From contig NW_026864322.1 in NCBI RefSeq assembly GCF_026571515.1, forward strand, positions 1 to 64,000: a stretch of 64,000 bases of DNA, written 5' to 3'. This DNA comes from Ruditapes philippinarum. Lineage: Eukaryota. The stretch's first letter is position 1. Each line of letters opens with the position of its first letter. The notes beneath the pieces were generated by a model, which did no database searches, was not told the DNA's origin, and saw only the letters and a list, made by a program, of their open reading frames with translations. Shown one piece after another: positions 25,661-38,842 of the stretch. The translations under genes and the position numbers were made by a program.

Positions 25661-28600
25661 CTCCGGTTACCTATGTACTCCAACGATAACGCCCACGATC
25701 TGTTGAGAAACAAGTAAACAAAAGCCTGAATATACGGTTAGTAGGTTACTACAGACATCTGTAAATAGTTGCTAATGTTTGAACCTTGACCCACATTTCC
25801 GAGCCAATAGAATTCGAGGTTCACAAAGTCAAAATAACGTAGATCTAAAAATAGAAACATAACGCAGACTCAGCAGAATAACAAGCACATGTTACGATTG
25901 GAAAAAAACAGATGCTTTCCCCACTCAACTAACCAATCGAACACAAGAATAAGCAAACTGCGCGTTCATTGGACTGAACGGAAAACATATTACATTGTAA
26001 ATAAGTGTTTCTAGCTCTTATTGGATGGTATATGAACAGTCAAAACAAAGCGGTTTTCTGCGTGGGAAATGAAATGTTTTGACGGTATTTTGTCGGATTC
26101 ATTTCTTGAACTTTTATTATTGAGACTTTAGGTAGTTTTTTTTCTAGTTGTAATAAGCTTATATATCTATTCAAATTTGAACTTTAGAGAAAATAAATCC
26201 ATGTAAATGAACAAATGCTTTAATACATTATGATTTAAGCTTATTAAAACATTATTTGATAGTTTATATAAACAATGCCCATATAAAACAATTAAATATA
26301 AATATTAAAAAATAAAAAAATTATATACAAGATATTTCACAGCTGACATTATTGATTAAACGGGAAGATACACGTACGATGCATAAATAAAATAATTTTA
26401 TTTTATGTTGTTTATAGTGATTTATTTCACCTCTTACAGGTTTAATGCTAATTTAGAAACGATTAAATGGTAACTAGCTTGTGTAATGGTTGAACGCTCG
26501 TACAATTATAGTAAATAAATACTGTACGTTTGTAAAGACGTTATTTTGTAATTTGTAGTTCTTTTCACTGCTGAAAATGCCGTGCGCCATATACTAAGAG
26601 TGCGACTTAAAAAAGGGTCGGAGCACCACATTTAATACCGTTTTTCGATATGTACCGGACAGGAATCTCGCCTTTCACACCGATTTATATACGGTAATGA
26701 ATGAAGAATGTAAGAATCGGCGAAAATGGCGATATTTTTTTTCTACTTTGTGATCATGATTTCTGCAAGCGTCTACAGGTACTGCTCCAACAATGAAGTG
26801 AGCTAAATCCTTCGACTGAATTATCATTATATATACTTAATTATCATTATATATACTAAATTATCATTTGGATTTCGGATGAGTTATAAGACTTAATTTC
26901 AAGGGCAATGTTACAGAAGTGAAAAGATATTAATAATAAGCCATATATTTTTTTAAAGTATGTTCATATAAACACAGTAGCAAGGTGCATTTATTGTTCC
27001 CAGCTTTGTACATGAAATTTATCATTCATTTTAGGTGTTTAGAAATAAAGGACTACAAATGATTGGTTATATACCCTATGTTTTAATATCAATGCGTGTC
27101 ATGAGCTTAGTTTAAATGGCATAACGTGATAGTGGACGTACAGCCAGATTTTATTGTTTGAATGAAAACAAAAACCTGCTTTGAAAAAAGGACATTTGTA
27201 ATTTGTCGAGAAGCTATAAATAAATCTACTTAAACTAATAATAAAACACTGTGTCAATTAACGTTTTTATGTTTTTTATTATGTTGCATTTAATAATTTA
27301 TTATTCGTGTAAGGCATATTTCTTTTTGCAAGCTGACCATAAACAATGAACATTGTTAAGTGTAAAACGAGCAAATAAGATTTAGAATATGATTCTGCTG
27401 TGGTTCTTTACGATATTTGGTTTATCCCTTTAAACCGCAACCTTACCCTCTAGAATTATTAAAAATTACCGCATATATGAGAAAGCAATATGGTGTATCT
27501 GGGGCACGCTTTCGATTTGGAAATCACGAGTATAACAATTAATACGTTTTTAATTTGTATGTAATTAATATGCTCTTTTCGCTTAATATTCTCTTCTGTT
27601 TTGCAATGTACATTATCCTCGTATTTGATAAATTTTACAGTATCGTATAGCAATGTACAATTTAAAACTTATCTTAAAAAACAAATCATTACAATTTGCT
27701 TTATATGTCCAGCTAAGCCCATAACAGTCGATTAGATTTTGTTTGCGAGACCTCATATTTACATTATAGATGTAATCCTTGCTAATCTCCTTTTGAATTA
27801 ACAAATCGTTTGCAAACAAAAGAAGAAATGCAAAAAAATGATTGTGATTGTGTGCAATCAGTTCAATACCTTTGCAATTTTATTTTACAGCTGCATTAAG
27901 CAAAAACTTACATGCTACGTACAATTAATGACTGATTTTGCATTATTTATCACCATATTACTACTGCGTTACTAATGCAGTAAGGATTATTTTTTGCATG
28001 TTTAACCTATTTTTAGTAATTGCTTTGGTTTTAAATTCCGTTTGCATGATATAAAGTATTATCTTTGTTCACTTCACAATTATTTTCAAATTTTTCATGA
28101 AAATTAGAAGGAATCTTTAGGCGTGCTGCTTTAAGAAATATTTACGTTCTTACTGGCATACACATTGATCAAAGGGGAATAACAACAAGATGTATTGACA
28201 AATATGGCAACGTTTTGAATTTTATTACAAGTGAAAAACAACACAACAACAATAAAAGAACAATGGATCTATAAAAATAATGAAAAGACATATACTTTTT
28301 ATATTTGCATTTTTAAAAAAAATGATATCTCAATTATTACATGTTTGTGATCGTAAAATAATGCCAGTTTCTAAGATACACAATTATAGGAAGCTGTAGA
28401 TACAAGTCAACTAAGTTGAGTAAAAAATAAATGAATGCACATGGTCTAAAATGGGTATATTTTTAACAGTATTAATAATGGCAAAACAAAATGACATCCG
28501 GCATTTAATAATTAAAGCAAACAACTACATTCAGTTTACCAATAAACCAATTGATAGTACCCATTATTAAAGTGTAAAAGCTATATTTCTGTTGCAAAAA

Positions 28601-28699
28601 TATTTTTTTCTTCATAATTTGTATTTTGAAAAAAAAAATCAAATGATTGTATAAAAGAAATATATTGTATTATTTCTTTACAGAGAAAATCGTCAGTTC

Positions 28700-30067
28700 T
28701 CATCGTGATAATTTAGCGGACTCGAGCCGTACTAAACGTTTTACCTGATCTAAACTAATGGATTTCTCAACAGCTGCGAACGATTCGTCTGCGGCAGACA
28801 TTCCTGACCCGGAAGATATTCTAGATGTAGTGTCTGGGCCAGCTGCAGATCCTGATCTCATAATACCAGATATTCTGTCACTTAATGAAACTGAGCCTCC
28901 ACCACCACTTCCTCCAATTCTTCTTCTAACGCCGAAACTAGGGCGGCGAGGAATAACACTCAATATACCAGAACCTCTACTTGTGCTCCCTGCACCTTTC
29001 GTAAAATGTTTCCTAGCTTCCTGTAACGAGGACGTCGTTGCCATAGCCTTAGCTTGAGCAGACGCGCCCTCTAACGGTTTACTGTTTTTAAGAAGTTGTT
29101 GAGTTTTAGCGCCTTGCCCTTTTAACCTATTGAATACCGTCTGCGCAATCTGCTGCTCATCTACGGCCGCGCCCCGTGATGCAACTTTCTTTATTTCCGA
29201 TTGAACATCCGCTGAAAATTTCTTTAGGGAAAGTTCTTCCTTTGCGCCTCCTATCACAGCGTCAGTTAGAAAATGAGGTCTTGACAAAGGAATGTACTGT
29301 CCACCTGTCAGAAAAGCTAAAGCCATAAAGAAATCTTTGTAGGGAATGATAGATGGTTCACATCCAACCGTATAAATTGGTATACCTTTTCTAGCCAACT
29401 CATGGGCGACTTCGATTGGATCAATAGCTGTTCCGTTTGGAAAAGAATTGTCTTCTGATGGAACCAGACCATGTGGTGGCGCATCAGTTATCAAGATACT
29501 GATTTTAGCAGCATTAGGCCTCCATCTCAGATTTTTTGCTTGCGCCAAACCGTCTGCAACCGCTTCCGGTCCATCGCCTCCTCCGTTTGCGCGTGCAGCG
29601 TTGAGCCAAGTCTTCATTTCTGACACAGAACTTGTAAATTGATGTGTACGTGTGACAAATGTTCTATCCTCCGGTTTATGGTCCCTGTATTCTATAAATG
29701 CTATGCGGAGATCAGTATTTGAGCTTGCAACAATTTCGTTGACGAGATCCTTAATGTGTTGCTTCACATTGTTTATATAAGGTGACATACTTCCGGTGGC
29801 GTCCATAATGAACGCTAGATCCATTTCGCTTCTCCCTGACAACGGTGGGTCGACCGGTATTACGATAGGCTTCTTAGTTGATCTAATAGGTTCAGGAAAT
29901 ATCCATGGTAATTCTCTAATTGGCCCACTTGGCAATTCTCGAGGAATAAAACGGTCCGGAAGTCGACGTGATAAATCCAAACGCAAATCTCTAAGGTTTA
30001 GCTGAGCTGAAGTAACGCCGATATAATTTAGAAATAGAAGAAAAATACCACGTTGTATAATAGCCAT
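28700..30067 (-). CDS. Intronless secreted VWA-domain protein, paralogue of 19474-21012, 455 aa
   Basis: Signal-like MAIIQRGIFLLFLNYIGVTSA, a Pro/Arg-rich leader, then MDLAFIMDATGSM...EYRDHKPE...GGGDGPEAV...ITDAPPHG...YKDFFMALAFLTGGQYIPL. The C-terminal helix is conserved with the paralogue. Confidence 0.93.
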   Translation of the reverse strand: MAIIQRGIFLLFLNYIGVTSAQLNLRDLRLDLSRRLPDRFIPRELPSGPIRELPWIFPEPIRSTKKPIVIPVDPPLSGRSEMDLAFIMDATGSMSPYINNVKQHIKDLVNEIVASSNTDLRIAFIEYRDHKPEDRTFVTRTHQFTSSVSEMKTWLNAARANGGGDGPEAVADGLAQAKNLRWRPNAAKISILITDAPPHGLVPSEDNSFPNGTAIDPIEVAHELARKGIPIYTVGCEPSIIPYKDFFMALAFLTGGQYIPLSRPHFLTDAVIGGAKEELSLKKFSADVQSEIKKVASRGAAVDEQQIAQTVFNRLKGQGAKTQQLLKNSKPLEGASAQAKAMATTSSLQEARKHFTKGAGSTSRGSGILSVIPRRPSFGVRRRIGGSGGGGSVSLSDRISGIMRSGSAAGPDTTSRISSGSGMSAADESFAAVEKSISLDQVKRLVRLESAKLSR

Positions 30068-30109
30068 TATGCTTAAAGGTATATTGCTATTGAAACATAC
30101 TTTATCAGA

Positions 30110-30161
30110 AATATATTTATATGCACTTGAAACGCTGACGTCAATAACGTGTCCCGGATGT
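30110..30161 (-). promoter_or_regulatory. Putative proximal promoter of VWA gene 2 (TATAAA, CRE, ETS)
   Basis: TATAAA on the - strand near 30116-30122, TGACGTCA at 30136-30143 and CCGGATGT at 30154-30161. Confidence 0.5.
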
Positions 30162-30559
30162 GAACTGTACGTCGAAGCGTAAACAAAAATGCGTATTTCT
30201 TATTACAAAATGCTTTGTGTTGTTGTTAATTACCTATTTCTTTCAAAAAACATAAATTCTGTGTCTAGTGTGGTAAAACATGTGCGCATTAATGTATCAA
30301 AACAGCCTTCAAAATTAATGACAGTATAAAATACATAAATACATTTAGGTTTAAATGCAAACACTTTTTTGATAAGAATACTTAATTAGTTTGAAAAATA
30401 CTAAATGTCCTGTTCAAATAACAAGGGGACGCAACCATTTAACTTTTGTTTTGACATTTAATATTTGATATTGAAAATATTTGTATAAATCTATAGTATT
30501 GAAAGTAATGTAATTTAGTTATTTACATCACATTACAAAGTGATTAAAATCAGCTCCTA

Positions 30560-30939
30560 CGAAAGATCGGTGGGGACATTTCAGATTCTTGAATTCACGA
30601 TTTCAATTTCAGGAATTCAAAATTTCATCTTCACGAAGTTAAAGTCGTGAATGCACGATTTTGAAATCGTGAAGTTCAAAACGTGAGTTTATGAAGTAAA
30701 ATTCGTGAAGCTGGAATCGTGAATTCGTGAAGTTGAAATCGTGAATTCATAAAATTGAAATCTTGAATCCATAAAGTTTAAATCGTGAATTCATCAAGTT
30801 GAAATCTTAAATTAATGAAGTTAAAATCGTAAATTTTGTATGCTCAAATCGTTAATTCATGAAGTTGAAATTATTGTGAATTCGTGAACCAAGATGAACC
30901 AAAAATTCAAGAAGTTGAAATGTCACCACCGGTCTTTCG
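30560..30939. mobile_element. MITE with internal 22-bp tandem repeats
   Basis: TIRs CGAAAGATCGGTGGGGACATTTCA / TGAAATGTCACCACCGGTCTTTCG, left flank TA. The internal unit GAAGTTGAAATCGTGAATTCAT occurs in both orientations. Confidence 0.8.
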
Positions 30940-31688
30940 TTTTTGCTTAATAAAGCTACGCTACATATCAAATTGTATGTAAATATAATTTTCAAAATCA
31001 TTTATTTGAATTATTCTCGGACGTTTACCATACTAACTAAGGGGCTACCTTTTATTTATTATTCCCGGGCCTTTGATTTATAATTAAAGGGCTTCAGTTA
31101 CAAACATCGTGCAAAATGGATATATTAAAAAAGGTACATATCAACATTTTTTTAATTCTTTAGAAATGGTAAACATGACGAGTTTAATAATGCTTTAATA
31201 ATGGATTTAGAACATGTTTAAACAAATAGAAAATATCATTGTACATGTTGTACGTGCAGTAATTTGTCGAACGTTTTGTAAATAATAAAATTTTAACGCT
31301 ACAAATGTCAGTTAAAATGGAAAGGTTTAAAAAGGCAACACTTCATACAAAGACATGAAACTAACAATTATTTTTATAGTATAATACAGTAGTGATAAAG
31401 TAGTGTAAACATCTTCATCAATCATAATTAACCTTGCCGTTATGACGTTAACGTTAAAACAGGATTTTCCGTTACGTTAAACCGCAACAATATTTTGCAA
31501 TTATGTTATTTAATTTCTTCTTGGAAGGCCTGAACTTTGTATGTATTAAGAAGGTTATAATACAATTTTAAGTTTTCTTAAGAATATCAAAGTGTCATAA
31601 TCATATTAAGAATGACGTGTTTCGTTGCACCTTTCATGACTTTATAATAAGAGATTGAAACATACAAAATTTGCATTTTAAATACGGT

Positions 31689-31896
31689 NNNNNNNNNNNN
31701 NNNNNNNNNNNNNNNNNNNNNNNNNNNNNNNNNNNNNNNNNNNNNNNNNNNNNNNNNNNNNNNNNNNNNNNNNNNNNNNNNNNNNNNNNNNNNNNNNNNN
31801 NNNNNNNNNNNNNNNNNNNNNNNNNNNNNNNNNNNNNNNNNNNNNNNNNNNNNNNNNNNNNNNNNNNNNNNNNNNNNNNNNNNNNNNNNNNNNNNN
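31689..31896. other. Assembly gap
   Basis: Run of N. Confidence 0.99.
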
Positions 31897-31916
31897 TTCT
31901 ATATACTTTTGTTTAA

Positions 31917-32224
31917 AGGCCCACTATGCCTCAGATCATTTTTGTTTAAAAAAATTAATTTGCCATATAGATGAATTTCCTTTGCTTCTTTTGCTCTATT
32001 TGCAGTTGGTATAATTATAATGAATTAGTATTCTGTATGGAAGTCAAAATACTACTTTGTTTACATTTTGCTACCTTTACGACACATATTCCACATTCAC
32101 CGCTACTTTCATCAGCTGTTAAACATCTAACATTCTCTAAATCCATTATTCAAACATTATCTAACACATGTTTGACATTTGTAAAGAATTAGATAAATAT
32201 GGATTTTTGAGGCATAATGTGCCT
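31917..32224. mobile_element. Kolobok-like MITE (uninterrupted copy)
   Basis: TTAA|AGGCCCACTATGCCTCA...TGAGGCATAATGTGCCT|TCAA; homologous to 3878-4748. Confidence 0.75.
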
Positions 32225-33068
32225 TCAAGTTAAATAAGGATCATCTAACAGTTCCTCATTTTATATTAAAAGATCGAATATATATTTTTTTTTCAATAAA
32301 AAATCGTGAGAAAAAACTTTAACGTAACAAACACTGTAATACGTAAATTAAACTCTCTTAAATAAATCTATAGAAATAAAACACAATAAATGTATTTATC
32401 GGGATTTAAATTATTTCATTTACTGTGTGATGTATTTTTTTTTTCATTTTTTGGGGGGTATGTTTGTTGTTTTTGTTGTTGTTTTTTTTTTGTTTGTTTG
32501 TTTATTAATTGTTGACGATTTCAACATATTAATTTATATCTTTAGACTTTTGTCAAAAAAAGGAACAATGTTCACACTATTTGTACCGAGTTTTCTCGGT
32601 AATGTCTATATCTGATATTTGAGTTTTTTTTATACCTCTTAAGCAATTTCCTACACAGTGATCTCCCTTTATCAGTACAGAGAAAACATTTTTATCAATA
32701 TTTTGATATTTATTATTTTTTAGCTTTTGAATTTATTTTTCATTATTTTGTACACTTTTGATAATTTTTTGATAAACTATAACGAACTTAGGTACGAAAA
32801 GTTAAAATTAAACAGAAACAGAAAATGACGTAAGATTTTCTATGTAACGGTAGATATTTATATTCGACGTTACGTCATGTGACTTTCATCATCATGTGAC
32901 GTTGATTACAATCTGCAAAATCACTTTGAGAGGTAAGCCCCTAAAGCTGAAAAGTCTACAAACAAGTTAAGATCTGGGAAGGTTGCTTATGTAGTACAAC
33001 TTGTTATCAATAAAATTAAAGAAGATAAGATTTCACATCGCTTAGGTTAAGTTCATACAAAGTGTAAA

Positions 33069-36000
33069 ATGTCTCCGCTGACGACAGTACTTCTATCATT
33101 GCTACTGCTAGGATTTGCAGCTTGTATGTATATAAAAATAATACTTTTATATTATATCAAAACTCTTTATAATACGTGTTCATACACATAGAGTACATTT
33201 GCGCACTGTTATTCTTAAAGTGACTGATTAAGAATGTAATTTTGAAATAGTTGGTAAAATACATATGATACATGCACAATATTATCAAAGTTTATTTACA
33301 AAACTTGGACTTTGTCGTAAAAATGATATTAATTTAAGGTATTTTGAATTATTTTATATGAATCTGGAAAAAATGCTATCTGCATCTACAAAGATAGTAG
33401 CGAGTTGACACAACTTTATGTATATCTGTCTCTTAAAAGGCGCTTAATTGTAATCTCGACACTGTCGGTTCGATTCCCGTGCTAGCCAACTAAAATTAAG
33501 TAACATATAAATGATATTTTCCGTTTTTTCTTTGTACCGATTTGTTCACTTCGATGTTAATTTTTCGTTTAAGTAAAGTCGTATTTTGAAACGGAGCGTG
33601 CGAAAACAATTTTTGTAGACTGCTCCTAATGATTTTACGTTTTTCACTACAATCAGATACCAAAAAATGGATGCCGCCAGCAATCAGTCTGAACACTATG
33701 GAGAGGTCTGATGACCTCTCCAATCAGTCATTCAAATGAGATTTAAACTCAAGGTCCGTTATAACACTGGTCACCTTAAAGAATAAGGAGAAACTTCTGG
33801 AATTGGGGCATCTTTCTGTACCTGTATCTTGCACTATCCTCCAAATTCTAAATAGACTCTCCTGGACGACTAGCCCATATGGGCTATCGGTTGCGTGTAT
33901 AAAAAAACAACAAATACACACACAAGAGATGTGCCATATTGTTCAGAACTTTTGATGGTCTGTTTAGAAACCATCCGTTTGTCTATATTAAGAAAGATGA
34001 AAAATCCATAAGGCGTATATAAGCTTGATCATTAAAATTATAATACACTGTAATGTGTTCCTTAAAACATATAAAAAGTGGCGATAAAGTCGGAATTTTC
34101 GATAATTTATGATGACTCTACTAGAAACCTTTCGTATTAAATATCGATTTAGAAAATGTTTATATGACACATTTTTCAGTAAGTCTGTGTAAAATAACCG
34201 CTTGCAAGTTGTTTTGTCCTAACAAAATCATAAAATTCAACAACAACAACAATAGTAAAAAACAACAAAAATGTAAAGAATAGAAAATAAAAGGTATAAA
34301 CAAAACATACACAAAAATACGAGATGGGCCGATTAAGTGATATATAATGTATCAGCACACTTGAAATGAAATCAAAGCGCTGGAAGCACTGGTAGCTTCG
34401 CGATTAGCTACAATGAACATAGAAGGGATGGGATTAGCACAGACGCAAAAAGTGCATACATAACAGTGTAAAAATACATATATGTTAACAATCAATCGAG
34501 TCAAAGAAAATAATCAAGTAGCATGATTGACAAATTTAAAAACTGAACCAACTTACTACAAATAATGCATCATGTTACAATGTATTGCATGTTTGTATTT
34601 TGAAATAGCAAGCAATTGCCCGGATGGGTGGGTACATTTTGGAACATCGTGCTATCATTTCAGCCATGATACAGAATCTATGCCTGTAGCAGATGTAAGT
34701 TTTCATTACACAATGAATTATCATATAACATGTTTTCCACAATCTCTCAACAAATTTCTTATCAAACAAAGGAAACATGTAAATATCATATATGTTTGGT
34801 CTAATCATCGATTTAAATGGAATTTTGACGCGATGACATGTCGAATGACGTCAATGACGTTAATAAACTACATGACGTCAATTTTGTTATTTCTCCATTC
34901 CACGCAGTTAAACTGTTTTCAACAAGTCTTTGTCTTTGACCATACTAGTAGTTGGATTATGGATTGTTTATTGGTTTTTCTGCGTTACCATGTACTAATT
35001 CTTGCACTTTTTTATTCATTTGCAAGTTATATTATTATGTCTGAAATCAAAATCTAATTCCTCAATAAAGTCACGTGTTTGTCATTTCAGTAAGATCACT
35101 TTATATGCCAGTGTCATATGATTGGCCAAAATTCACTTGTAAATGTCGTCATTTTTCTACATGTATAACAAATAATGGGCTCGATATTATTAGATTGACA
35201 GAATGATAGTAAGCCTTTTATGATTGTACTTTATTTCAGTTGGTATGTCAACATTTGGATGGACATCTGGTGGAGATAGAATCAAGTGAAGAAAACACAT
35301 ATCTCGCATCAAAAGCCGCGGCACTAAAAGGTAATTCAATTAAAGGGAAAATGTTAAAGATAAACTATGCTCAACATTGAGTAAAATATTTTTGTTGCAG
35401 AAATTCATTGAAATCTATCAAATTCCTGCTGAATATGTCTTATTTATTATTTGAATAAAATAATGTACATACTTTGTATGGGAAGCTGCGTTTCTTATTA
35501 AAGGTAAAGTAAATTAAAGTAAATTTGGTCCTTTCTGTAAAAAGCTATTTAAAGTTAAAATTATCTACTTTGTGTGAAGTCAAACATGTTAATTTGATAT
35601 TTACAAAACATTTTAATTTAATATTTAAAAAAAAAAACAAAAAAAAAAACAAAAAACAAAAAAAGAAAAGAAAAGAAAAAAAAACTGTGTAACAATTATT
35701 TATATTTTCAAATATCAAATTTGAGTAGAATCTATCTTTAAGAAACGACATAAATATGCCTTATATTTACTTTCTACCGGGACAAAAGATGACACTTTGA
35801 GTCCCAGCTTTCTATAAACATTGAGCATTGTAAATTATCACTCCACATTTTAGGCTATATAAGAGTTTATTACATTATTACAATAATATTGATGTAATAA
35901 AAATATTTATTTTACTAGTTTGAAACAATAAATACTATTGGAACATCCTTAAACGCCAATATCTTCCAAGTGATGTCAATACAAACTCATAATGTTGTCT

Positions 36001-38049
36001 ATTTCATGCCTAAAGTATGATGTTGAAATTTTCGCCGTATAATTTGTGAATTTTCCACTTATTTTTTTAAACATTTTGATCACAATTTTGCAGCTAATAA
36101 TGAAAATATTTTACATAATATTTCTTCTTGCTGTTGCCAATATTGGCAAAGAATAGTGCAACTATTTGCTATAAGACGTATTAAATTCCTAGGTGTTCTA
36201 ATATCATAAATACATTTTATTTATGTTGTTAAAAGTTATTTACTTTTCATGAATTCACCGAATACTGTTGTTTCTTTAATATCAGTTTGAAATAATTTGT
36301 TTCGAAGGCTGTTTTTATTTACCCCTAAAGCATCATTTTGGACTGGTTTAAGCGATATGCAACAAGAATCAGTCTGGTTATGGTACGACAGTGGACGTCA
36401 TCTAACGTCAACGAGTTTTCAACACTGGTTTCCAAACGAACCTAACAATGCAGGAATGGACGAAAACTGTGCATATATATCCTCTGGTAGTTGGAATGAT
36501 GCACCATGTCACTTGGCACTCCATTATATTTGTGAAAAGGATGACGGGTGTGTGTTGTTGTTGTTTTCTTCTTCTAAGTCTACCTTTTTACGAGGGTCTA
36601 ATGTTTCGTTTACCAAAACATCAACAAGCTAAGGGGAGGAGATGGTTCACACGTTATTTTAATTATTAATTAATTTAATTACTTGAATAAAACATTGTAA
36701 CAACATAATCAGATGTAATGTAACTAAATGTTATCATTTTTTCTTTTTATCTTAGCTATCTATCCTACCAAATTAACTTTTTTCATTATATTCATCTTAT
36801 CCATCAATCGTATCCAACTTATACAATATATCCGACTTATCCGTTGGACTGAAAGCATAGTATTTGATTAATCATGACAAAATTTCGTTAATACAATGAG
36901 ATGATATGCTTTGTGTCTAAACTGCTAAATACTTCTATTTGGGCCTTTATTTCTTGTCAAAAATCTACAATGAAACCATTTCAATTGCACTCTTCTAAAT
37001 GGCGGACTTACTAACAAGGGAAATAACTAATAAATCATGATGATGTGGATAATAACGTTGGTGGTTATTGCTATAAGTGGGGATGACGACGACGATAATT
37101 ATGTTGAATGTTGATTATAACGACAACGACGATGATGATGACGACGACAACGACTATATAGCTAATGACGACAAAGATAATGATAATGGTGACGAAGATA
37201 ATGATGATGACAACAATAATGATGACGACATCGATAATAATAATAATGATGATAACGACGATTGTAATGCTGATAATAATTATGACGACAATATTGATGA
37301 CGACGACGATAATGATTATGGCGACGAAGCTAATAATGATGACGGCGACGATAATAATGACGAGTCCGACGAATGAGATGTTGATGACGAAGACATTGGT
37401 GATGTTTATGATGACGACAACTATAATAATAGTGATGATAACCGCAACTATAATGCTGTTGATGATAAAAGGAGAATAATGGTGACGATTCAGACATCGA
37501 CGATGATGATTATGATGATAACAACGTTAATGAAGGACATCTTTTGTTTAACGATAACTTTCAAATATTTCCTAGCACATTAATAACATTTTGATATATA
37601 TACAATAAAGTAATTATAAATGAATTTAAATGTGGAAATTGACTTAAAACATTTGACTAGGGCAGAATATTCCCGAGCCTTTCCCGTGCAATATATCAAT
37701 TTCTCTTGTAATGATCCTCAAGCCATATACCTGAACTGCCACGTAATGCCATTACGGTTAAAAGGCATTCGTATACGATAGGTGTTTTCGTTTGGGTAAA
37801 TATTATACGAGCAGTATACAAGTATACGTTTATAGCTTTATATGAACATGTTTATATAATAACAGAAACTATTTCGAAAATAAGCATGGTGCACTGTTAC
37901 TTGAATCATATCAATATATCAATTACAAATTAGTTCTTTTAGTGGTAATGACTGAATGTTTTTAATTAATTAATTGTAACTACAGCAAATTAACAAAAAA
38001 ACTAAATATTATTGTCTTTTTTTCCAGCTCATCGGAAATAGTCGGGTGA
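33069..38049 (+). CDS. Secreted single-CRD C-type lectin (perlucin-like), lectin 3
   Basis: Exons 33069-33123 (MSPLTTVLLSLLLLGFAA), 34609-34694 (SNCPDGWVHFGTSCYHFSHDTES...), 35240-35330 (LVCQHLDGHLVEIESSEEN...), 36331-36547 (FWTGLSD...EPNN...ENC...WND) and 38028-38049 (SSEIVG*). AATAAA near 38080. Confidence 0.92.
33425..33925 (+). mobile_element. tRNA-derived SINE (Nin/Deu-domain-like), split by an insertion of about 220 bp
   Basis: The head TTGTAATCTCGACACTGTCGGTTCGATTCCC and the body at 33722-33925 match the SINE at 39054-39375. Confidence 0.65.
37080..37530. repeat. Degenerate (GAT/GAC/AAT)n trinucleotide microsatellite in intron 4 of lectin 3
   Basis: Seen directly; it produces the low-complexity D/N-rich and M/T/I-rich ORFs. 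Confidence 0.9.
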
Positions 38050-38842
38050 ATGTAATATTTGAATATATGTAATATATGAAATAAAAAGTAGAATGAATGC
38101 TTTGTTGTTCAGTTGTATGAAGTACATGTATACATTTTAGAATAGCACAACAAATAATATTGACCGTGCAATATGTGAATTAAACACACTGTTTATCAAA
38201 GCATTCGCTGCAGTAAGTCTTTGTACTATTTTTTATTGTTCAATGAGAAGGCGAACATTTGGAAATTTGAGATTATCTATCTTCCATAGGTGTCGGCCCA
38301 CTCATTTCTCGCTCTCGAATTCTGTAGTAAATCAATCATATTTGAAGGCCATCTAGTCTGCTGGCGTGTAGTTCATATTTAGTCCTTTTGTCGAGAAATG
38401 AGATCCTGAAAAGTCCCGGTAAGCTCAATGGTAAGTTGTTTTTTGTTTTTGTTTGTTTTTTTAATTTACTAGTATATATTTTTATAAAGTACAAAATTGC
38501 ATGGAAACAATATTAAATGAAGTTACAGTATAGCATTGAAAGATTTTTTTTTCAATTCTTTAAGAATCACCTTTAGGCTGGCCGTGTGTCTGAAACCGGA
38601 CAATGGACAGCCGAGATGACAAATAAAATCAGCGAAGGATTTCTGCAAATAATAACCGCTTAGTATTTCCGACATTTTCCACCTCATGTTTGTTTTCGAC
38701 ATTAAGTATTGAAAAAAAGTATAATTTTAAGTTTATACCGTTTAGGTCATTCTGTATCTGATTAAAAATATTATTATTTTTTCTTAAACTTTATCAAAAT
38801 ACAATAAATTTTTTAATACGACTTTGTTATTCTGTACAATTG

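Noticed and set aside
28758-30005. + strand ORFs overlapping the VWA genes (also 20759-21028)
   Set aside because: Antisense shadows of GC-richer coding sequence.
37077-37479. Asp-rich ORF resembling acidic shell-matrix proteins (aspein-like)
   Set aside because: It lies within lectin 3 intron 4 and has no signal peptide or clear splice sites. It is open in two frames simply because it is a GAT/GAC/AAT microsatellite, and it is largely absent from the duplicated copy.
38290-38430. Exon-like block (AG...GTAAG) downstream of lectin 3
   Set aside because: No convincing reading frame, it lies beyond the polyA signal, and it is partly deleted in the duplicated copy.
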